Position numbers and translations under genes: made by a program. Positions 22,176 through 29,774 of a DNA stretch of 29,774 nt are shown piece by piece (within the stretch, counting starts at the first letter, position 1; each line of letters begins with the position of its first letter). Origin of the DNA: Chiloscyllium plagiosum (Eukaryota); the NCBI RefSeq assembly GCF_004010195.1, contig NC_057719.1, positions 56,746,606-56,776,379 on the forward strand, read 5' to 3'. The notes below the pieces were generated by a model. That model was not told the DNA's origin, ran no database searches, and saw only the letters and a program-made list of their open reading frames with translations.

Positions 22176-23587
22176 CTCCCCCTCACTGAGGACGAATGAT
22201 CGGTCCTCAGCAAAGGACTCACCTTCATCCCCCTCCGTCCACACATCAATGAATTTAATACACGCCGTGACGTCGAACAATTCTTCCATCGCCTCTGCCT
22301 CCGAGCTTACTTTCACAATCAGGATTCCCGCCCTCAACCTGTCTACCCCCCTCCCCCACTCCAACCTCTCACCCTCACAACGCGCAGCCCTCTAATCCTT
22401 CTGCTCCAATCCCAACCTCACCATCAAGCCAGCAGATAAAGGGGGCGCAGTGGTATTCTGGCGCACTAACCGCTACACCGCTGAAGCCAAACGCCAACTC
22501 GAGGACACCTCTTCCTACTGCCCCCTCGACCATGACCCCATCCCCCATCACCAAACCATCATCTCCCAGACCATACAGCACCTCATCACCTCAGGAGATC
22601 TCCCACCCACAGCTTCCAACCTCATAGTCCGGGAACCCTGCACTGCCCGGTTCTACGTCCTTTCCAAGATCCACAAGCCTGACCACCCTGGCTGACCCAT
22701 TGTCTCAGCATGCTCCTGCCCCACTGAACTCATCTCTACCTACCTCGCCACTGTCCTATCCCCCAAGTCCAGGAACTCTCCATATATGTTTGAGACACCA
22801 CCCACGGCCTCCACCTCCTCCAAGACTTCCGTTTTCCCGGCCCCCAACGCCTCATCTTCACCATGGATATCCAATCCCTCTACACCTCCATCCGCCATTA
22901 CCAAGCCTCCAAGCCCACAGTTTTTTCCTCTCCAGATGTCCCCAACAGTACCCTTCCACCGACACTCTCATTCGTTTGGCCGAACTGGTCCTCACCCTTA
23001 ACAATTTCTCCTTGGAATCCTCCCTCCAGACCAAAGGGGTAGCCATGGGCACACGTATGGGCCCCAGCTATGCCGGTCTCTTTGTTGGCTACGTAGAACA
23101 GTTGATCTTCCGTAATTACACCGGCACCACTCCCCACCTCTTCCTCCGCTACATTGATGACTGCATTGGTGCCACCTCGTGCTCCCGCGAGAAGGTTAAG
23201 CAATTCATCAACTTCACCAACACATTCCACCCTGACCTTAAATTTACCTGGACCATCTCTGACACCTCCCTCCCCTTCCTGGACCTCTCCATCTCCATTA
23301 ATGACGACCGACTTGACACTGACATTTTTTTTACAAACTCACCGACTCCCACAGCTACCTGGATTACACCTCTTCCCACCCTACCTCTTGCAAAAATGCC
23401 ATCCCGTATTCCCAATTCCTCCGCCTCCACCGTATCTGCTCCCAGGAGGAGCGGTTCCACCATAGAACACACCAGATGGCCTCCTTCTCTAGAGACCGCA
23501 ATTTCCCTTCCCACGTGGTCAAAGATGCCCTCCAACGCATCTCATCCACATCCCGCAATTCCGCCCTCAGACTCAACCCCTCCAACC
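22176..23587 (+). pseudogene. Penelope-like reverse transcriptase, frameshifted
   Basis: RT motifs are spread over several frames (ORFs 22450-22695, 22700-, 23476-), with in-frame stops. Confidence 0.88.
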
Positions 23588-24242
23588 NNNNNNNNNNNNN
23601 NNNNNNNNNNNNNNNNNNNNNNNNNNNNNNNNNNNNNNNNNNNNNNNNNNNNNNNNNNNNNNNNNNNNNNNNNNNNNNNNNNNNNNNNNNNNNNNNNNNN
23701 NNNNNNNNNNNNNNNNNNNNNNNNNNNNNNNNNNNNNNNNNNNNNNNNNNNNNNNNNNNNNNNNNNNNNNNNNNNNNNNNNNNNNNNNNNNNNNNNNNNN
23801 NNNNNNNNNNNNNNNNNNNNNNNNNNNNNNNNNNNNNNNNNNNNNNNNNNNNNNNNNNNNNNNNNNNNNNNNNNNNNNNNNNNNNNNNNNNNNNNNNNNN
23901 NNNNNNNNNNNNNNNNNNNNNNNNNNNNNNNNNNNNNNNNNNNNNNNNNNNNNNNNNNNNNNNNNNNNNNNNNNNNNNNNNNNNNNNNNNNNNNNNNNNN
24001 NNNNNNNNNNNNNNNNNNNNNNNNNNNNNNNNNNNNNNNNNNNNNNNNNNNNNNNNNNNNNNNNNNNNNNNNNNNNNNNNNNNNNNNNNNNNNNNNNNNN
24101 NNNNNNNNNNNNNNNNNNNNNNNNNNNNNNNNNNNNNNNNNNNNNNNNNNNNNNNNNNNNNNNNNNNNNNNNNNNNNNNNNNNNNNNNNNNNNNNNNNNN
24201 NNNNNNNNNNNNNNNNNNNNNNNNNNNNNNNNNNNNNNNNNN
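23588..24242. other. Assembly gap (655 N)
   Basis: Run of N. Confidence 1.
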
Positions 24243-24280
24243 TCTAGCTTATCTCTCCACGCTTAAGGCTCTCTGCCTTT

Positions 24281-24316
24281 ATTCCTGATGAAGGGCTTTT
24301 GCCCGAAACGTCGATT
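24281..24316 (+). ncRNA. Minimal type I hammerhead-ribozyme motif in the Penelope terminal repeat
   Basis: CTGATGA 24285-24291, extra A, helix II GGGC-TTTT-GCCC 24293-24304, GAAA 24305-24308, palindromic ACGT, GTC triplet ending 24312; helix I is weak. Confidence 0.7.
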
Positions 24317-24375
24317 TTGCTGCTCCTTGGATGCTGCCTGAACTACGGTGCTCTTTCAGCACCACTAATCCAGAA

Positions 24376-25251
24376 CATATCTTCAAGACCCCACTGTAAT
24401 GTGAGGTAACCTTCTTTGCTATTCACTACACCTCCAATTTTGGTGTCATCTGCAAACTTACTAACAGTACCTACCCAGCACTGATCCTTGTGGCACTCCA
24501 CTGGTCACAGGTCCCCAGTCTGAAAAACAACCCTCCACCACCACTCTCTGTCTTCTCCCTTTGAGCCAGTTCTGTGTCCAAATGGCTAGTTCTCCTTCTA
24601 TTCCATGAGATCTATCCTTGCTAACCAGTCTCCCATGGGGAACCTTGTCGAATGCCTTACTGAAGTCCATATAGATCACATCCACCATTCTGCCCTCATC
24701 AATCCTCTTTGTTACTTCTTCAAAAAACTCAATCAAGTTTGTGAGACATGATTTCCTACACACACAGCCATGTTGGTAATCTCTAATCAGTTCTCGCCTT
24801 TCCAATACATGTACATCCTGTCCCTCAGGATTCCTGCCAATAACTTGTCCACCACCAACTTCAAGCTCACTGGTCTATAGTTCCCTGGCTTGTCCTTACC
24901 ACCCTTCATAAACAGTGGTACCGCGTTAGCCAATCTCCAGTCTTCTGGCACCTCACCTGTGACTATCGATGATACAAATATCTCAGCAAGAGGCCCAGCA
25001 ATCACTTCTCTAGCTTCCCACAGAGTTCTAGGGTAGACCTGATCAGGTCCTGGGGATTTATCCACTTTTATGCATTTCAAGACATCCAGTATTTCCTCCT
25101 CTGAAATATGGACGTTTTTCAAGATGTCACCAGTTTTTCCCAACATTCTATATCTTCCATCTCCTTTTCCACAGTAAATACTGATGCAAAATACTTGTTT
25201 AGTATCCCCCCCATCTCCTGTGGCTCCACACAAAGGCTACCTTGCTGATCT
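24376..25251 (-). mobile_element. CR1/HER1 copy D, 5' part (RT domain)
   Basis: KSPGPDQVYPR, KPGNYRPV, YMDFSKAFDKVPH, SGVPQGSVLG, FADDTK; resumes within a few nt of where 21371-22174 stops. Confidence 0.93.
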
Positions 25252-25657
25252 GGCTGAGCTAGACTTGCACCTTAGCAAAGAAAATGCTGACTCCATCATT
25301 CACAATGCTCAGTTTGAAGACCAATCTCATGAGGAGTTAAAACAAGGCTGGTAAGTTCATCTCGGTAGAGCTAGAGGAAGAATGTCCAAGAAAACTTGGA
25401 GTGTAGGAATAGAATGAATAACATAATTAAGTTATGGCTTTCGGCTGTCATGAAAAATATAAAGAGGCAATTCTGTTCGTAATTTAAATTTTAAAATTCC
25501 TATGAAAATAAACTTGTATTTAGTAAGCAGTGATGTTTTGGTTTAGTCATTCAATATAGTAAACTTTTAAAACATAACATTTTGTTGTGTGGTCTCCTTT
25601 TAGTTAATAACTGTTTATTCAACTTCTGCTTTACATGTCACCAGTCTTTATGGAGAT

Positions 25658-26005
25658 CACAGGAACATAGGTCTTAGGAGTGGGAGGTCATTTGCCCCTT
25701 TCAGCCTGCTCTACAATTGAATAAGATCTTGGCAGATGTGGTTGTGGTCAAAAGTCTACTTTCCTGTCCAAACCATAAAACTTGATTCCCAATTCCATCA
25801 GAAGTATCCTGAACTCAGCTCTGAATAATTTCTGCGATCCAGATTCTGCTAGCTTCTGTGAAGTGAATTTCACATATTATTAACCTTCTGTGAGGAAAAA
25901 TAAAATTCTCATCAGTCTTAAAAGCAAGGTAACTATGTGCCCTATTTCTTGTCCATTCTACAAGGGAGGAGGCATCTCATAATCCAGCCTGTGAAATCTC
26001 TTTGG
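25658..26005 (-). mobile_element. Old CR1 3' fragment
   Basis: TAGGAGTGGGAGGTCATT...CAGCCTGCTC...AATAAGATCTTGGCAGAT and downstream sequence parallel 18845-19150; heavily diverged. Confidence 0.65.
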
Positions 26006-26134
26006 TACTGTATATATTAGAAATTATAACACATGTCTTGCTCTTTCTGATTTTTGATCCAGGATATATATTTATATTCAGACATAATGTACCAAACAAG
26101 CAGTATGATTACTGATACAATTCATATAATGAAA

Positions 26135-26948
26135 TTACCACATTCTGGAAAAGTCTGAAATTATGTATTTGGGAAGGATATACAAAGTAAAGGAATACAC
26201 AATAAACAGATGGCATTGAGAGGGGTACAGGAAGTGAGAGACCATGGAGTCCATGTTGTTGAAGGTGGCAAGACAGGTAAATAAAATGTGATAATGAAGG
26301 TTTACTTAATGCTTTTTTTCATTTGGCAAAGCACTGAATACAAAAGCAGGAATTTAATGATGGAACTATACAAGACAACAGCTAGGCCACAGCTGGAATT
26401 CTGTATACAATCCTGGTCACCACATTGCAGGAAGGACAATTGCTCCAGAGACAGTATGAGAAGACTTATAAGAATTCACAAGAAATTTAAGTCAGAGCTT
26501 GAAAATTGCAGCTCAGGGAATACTGGATACATTAAGATTGTTTTCCTTCAAGCAAAGGATGGTGAGGGGTGACTTAATTGAGGTGTACAAAATGCTGAAG
26601 TGCTTGAACAGTGGACAGAGAAAATGTTTCCCCTAGCAGAGAAATCAATTTTTGAGTGCACAGATTTAAGTTGACCGATAGAAGGATTAGAGAAGACATG
26701 TAGGAAAACATTTTCACTGCGAGGGTGGTGGATAACTGGAATTTGCTGGCCATTTGCTGGTTGAGGCAGAAACTCTCAACTTATTTAAAAGAAATCTTGA
26801 TCTGCACCTGAAATGCTGTAACTGCAGGGTTACGGACCAGGCGCTAAAAAGTGAGGTTAGAATGGGTGGCTAGTTTATAGTTAGCACAAACACGACGGGG
26901 CTGAAATTGCCTTTTTCTGTGCGGTTATGTTTCTATGGTTCCATGGAT
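26135..26948 (+). mobile_element. Old CR1 3' fragment with tail
   Basis: EYKSRNLMMELYKTTARPQLEFCIQSWSPHCRKD, RGDLIEVYKML; tail TTCTGTGCGG...TTCTATGGTTCCATGG. Confidence 0.85.
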
Positions 26949-27872
26949 TTAAAGAATGCAACACATGTATTAAAAGAAATGAGGTACTGAATTCAATGAA
27001 ACATTAATATTCAAATTTTAAAAATACAGATTATATTAAATGAAAGGGTGCTTGAATCTTTGTAAAATTAACTTCCAAATATAGAATGGTTAGAATAGAA
27101 GAACTCAATATTGCACATGATACATTAGTCAAAACACAATTTTTAAAAAAGTAACAATTGCTCAGTCTTGATTTGAAAGATTTCAGTTCTAAATATTTGA
27201 AGACAAAAATGACAATTTGGCTGCAATTACATTTTTCTTTTATCCAAATTCACTTAATAGGCTTCAATAAATTAGAACAGCAAATCAGATCCAACTTCTT
27301 CAGTTGGTCGGTGTAAATCTATAATTAGATTAGCGTAAGGTCTCCTCTAACTGCTATATAGTTTGTAAAGCTATGATTATGAATACTCAGACTCTATTTC
27401 CACAAGGTAGAACTCATTGAAATAATACTAAGCAGCTAGGTTTTATTGTCTGAACAGAGCTGAATGAAGGCTGAGAAAGGCGCTGACTCAAGCTCCCTAT
27501 CACATTGAACCATATGCCAAACCCTCAATCATTGACACTTTATCACACAAAATCAGGAGCAATGGCTTCCCTGTAAAAATCCCACTTCACATACCCTCCG
27601 TGCACTGTGTCACTTGTCTGTGGATGTGTTTAACAATATTGACTTTTCACAATCAGTATAACCAGACGGGAACTAACAAATGTGGCGTGGCAAATAAAAG
27701 TTACTAAAATTAAATAATTTACATTATAAAAAACAGAGGTACAGAATCCAAAAAGGGGTGAGACCCTCAGTTACCATTTTCTATTCAAAACTATTTTTTG
27801 ATTGAACAAGATATTATTGCAGCTGAAGATGGTTGGGTGACTGATCCTTTCACTAAACTACAGTAAAAGGAA

Positions 27873-28013
27873 AAGTAAAGTTGCCATTATTTTACCAGAC
27901 CAGAGGGTTGCTCTCTCATTAAAGAGAGAGGCAACTGATGGTGGTTTAACATGAAGTTCCTGTTAATCTACATCACAAATCAGCTGTCCAGCCAACTGAG
28001 CGAAATTGATCCC
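27873..28013 (-). mobile_element. tRNA-derived SINE remnant (A box retained, B-box region missing)
   Basis: Minus strand GGGATCAATTTCGCTCAGTTGGCTGGACAGCTG (A box 27992-28003) joined to a 3' part with the hairpin CTCTCT...AGAGAG (~27911-27929). Family recognised from recall only. Confidence 0.55.
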
Positions 28014-28414
28014 TTAACTATAGTAATGTTATAATGACACAGCAAATGAACAATATTCCAATATTCAATAGCAGAATATTTATTAAAATCTTTAATTTCA
28101 AGACTTTTAAAATGCATCTCCTCCCCATAAATTATGATATAGTGAGAGAAAATATGAAACCTTCTCTCAAGTGGATTTACAATTGAAGCTAAGAGTTTAC
28201 ACTTCATGAGCCAGTGACATGCAAAAGTAAAACTTCAAAATAAAAATCCAGAAAATTGAAAGCTTCGTGGTTGATTGTCAACTGTTCCTGCTGGGTAGGA
28301 AATGAGTAGTAACACACTGCACCATTTATAAATTAACATTTTCATAATTGGAGGTTAATTTTAATCATAAAAACCCACTGGTAGGGAAATGTAATACCTG
28401 CTTACACATCTTTC

Positions 28415-29030
28415 CTGAGTGAAGCAGGTCAATTCAACTTGGATAAGCATGGACTAATCAAGGAAAATCAATAAAGACTTTTTAAAAAGATCAATCTGAG
28501 TTTGATTAACATGGTATTTTTCATGATGAGATAATGGAGAAGATGGATGAGGACAGTACAGGTGATGATATGTCTATGAATTTTTAAAAAGCACTGGCTC
28601 ATTTTGCAAAATTACAAAACGGAGGGAGCAGTATGGATACAAGATTAGTTGATGGATTGACAAAAGTATTGCAAAAGTGGCAGCTTTTGGAGAGATATAT
28701 ACAGTGGATTCTCCAGAATTACTAGGGAGTACTAGTGATTCTGATGCATATTAATGACTTGAACATGGTTTACTGAGGCTGATTGCCCAAAGGGCACAAA
28801 CAAGGTTGTGACAGCAGATGAAAGTCAATGCAAAAAAGTGATGGATACATTTTGGTAGGAAGAATGAGGAGAGACAACATCAGCTTTATTTATGTTTTAA
28901 AGTGATGGCAGAGAGAGACCGGAGGTATTTCAGAGGTTAAGAAAGCAATTAGTGCAGCATTTGAGATCCTGAGTTTTATAAATAGAAGTTTAGGGTACAA
29001 TAAAGCAGAAGTTTTGGGTTTACTCATCTT
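28415..29030 (+). mobile_element. Very old CR1 RT fragment with large deletions
   Basis: LDKHGLIKENQ, MSMNF*KA, SGFS, INDL and LSFINRSLGY remnants appear in CR1 ORF2 order. Confidence 0.7.
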
Positions 29031-29049
29031 GGAGCAGAGAAGATATATA

Positions 29050-29774
29050 ACCACTAATAGACAAGTAGTGGTTATAGGGTATTCTATAATTAGGGGGACA
29101 GATAGTATCCTTTGCAAGCCGGATCGGGAGTCTCGCATGGTGTGTTGCCTGCCCGGTGCCAGGGTGCGAGACATCTCCGACCGTCTTGAAAGGATATTGG
29201 AGCGGGAGGGGGAGGATCCAGTTGTTGTGGTCCACGTTGGTACCAACAACATAGGCAAGACTAAGGTGGAGGACCTGTTTGGGCAATAGGCAGGAAATTG
29301 AAGCACATGTCCTCAAGGGTCATAATCTCCGGATTACTGCCCGAGCCACGTGCCAATTGGCATAGGGACAAGAAAATTAGGCAAGTAAACACGTGGCTAA
29401 GGGATTGGTGTGGGAAAGAGGGATTCCACTCCATGGGGCATTGGCATCAGTTTTGGAACAGGGGGGATCTGTACCGTTGGGACGGTCTCCAACTGAACCG
29501 ATCAGGTACCAATGTTCTAGCGAAGAGGATAAATAGGGTGGTCAGTAGGACTTTAAACTTCTGAGTTGGGGGGAAGGGAAAGTCAAAGCGACAGGGAGTA
29601 TGGAGGTAAATGGCAAGATAAGCAGCAGGATAGAATGTTTCCAGGCGGATTTAAAATTGAGGCAGACCGAGAATGCAGTAAAAAGCAAGGATAACTTAGG
29701 ACATATGACTTCCAAAATCTCTAATGATAAGGAAGTTAGCATTAAGGCACTTTACCAGAATGCTCGTAGCATTC
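29050..29774 (+). mobile_element. CR1 LINE of a second subfamily: ORF1 esterase and start of ORF2; runs off the window
   Basis: VVVIGYSIIRGTD, CLPGARVRDI, HVGTNNIG, ISGLLPEP, DGLQLN; ORF1 stop at 29564; IKALYQNARSI (endonuclease motif I) at 29741-29773; many CpGs retained. Confidence 0.9.

Larger units (their letters stand above)
22175..24375 (+). mobile_element. Penelope-like retroelement (Neptune-like RT), 5'-truncated
   Basis: VLSKGLTFIP, IKPADKGGAVV, KIHKP, GVAMGTRMGPSYA, FLRYIDD (YIDD 23150-23161), LPFLDL, IPYSQFLRLHRICS; C-rich sense strand; hammerhead-bearing terminal sequence after the gap. Confidence 0.92.

Noticed and set aside
22700..24288. 515-aa and 270-aa ORFs
   Set aside because: Lengths are inflated by translation through N; the real parts are frameshifted Penelope RT pieces.

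Overview
Eukaryotic, repeat-rich, non-genic-looking DNA, very likely from a shark or ray (inferred from an HE1-type V-SINE whose 3' tail matches the CR1/HER1-type LINEs in the window). I cannot support any host protein-coding gene; the recognisable ORFs are broken pieces, or antisense shadows, of retroelements. Contents: two near-full-length degenerate CR1 LINEs (zinc finger/leucine zipper plus SGNH-esterase ORF1; APE-endonuclease/RT ORF2) that appear nested in each other and in an older CR1; about ten more CR1 fragments of different ages; an HE1 SINE; a second tRNA-derived SINE remnant; a probable solo LTR; a Penelope-like element (Neptune-like RT) with a core-intact minimal hammerhead-ribozyme motif, plus two short relics with decayed hammerheads; an unclassified ~0.9 kb LINE-tailed element; and two assembly gaps. 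Most notable: the hammerhead motifs, apparent local sequence transfer between two inverted CR1 copies ~2 kb apart, and the multi-level nesting. Family names come from motif recognition, not database searches, and boundaries are approximate.
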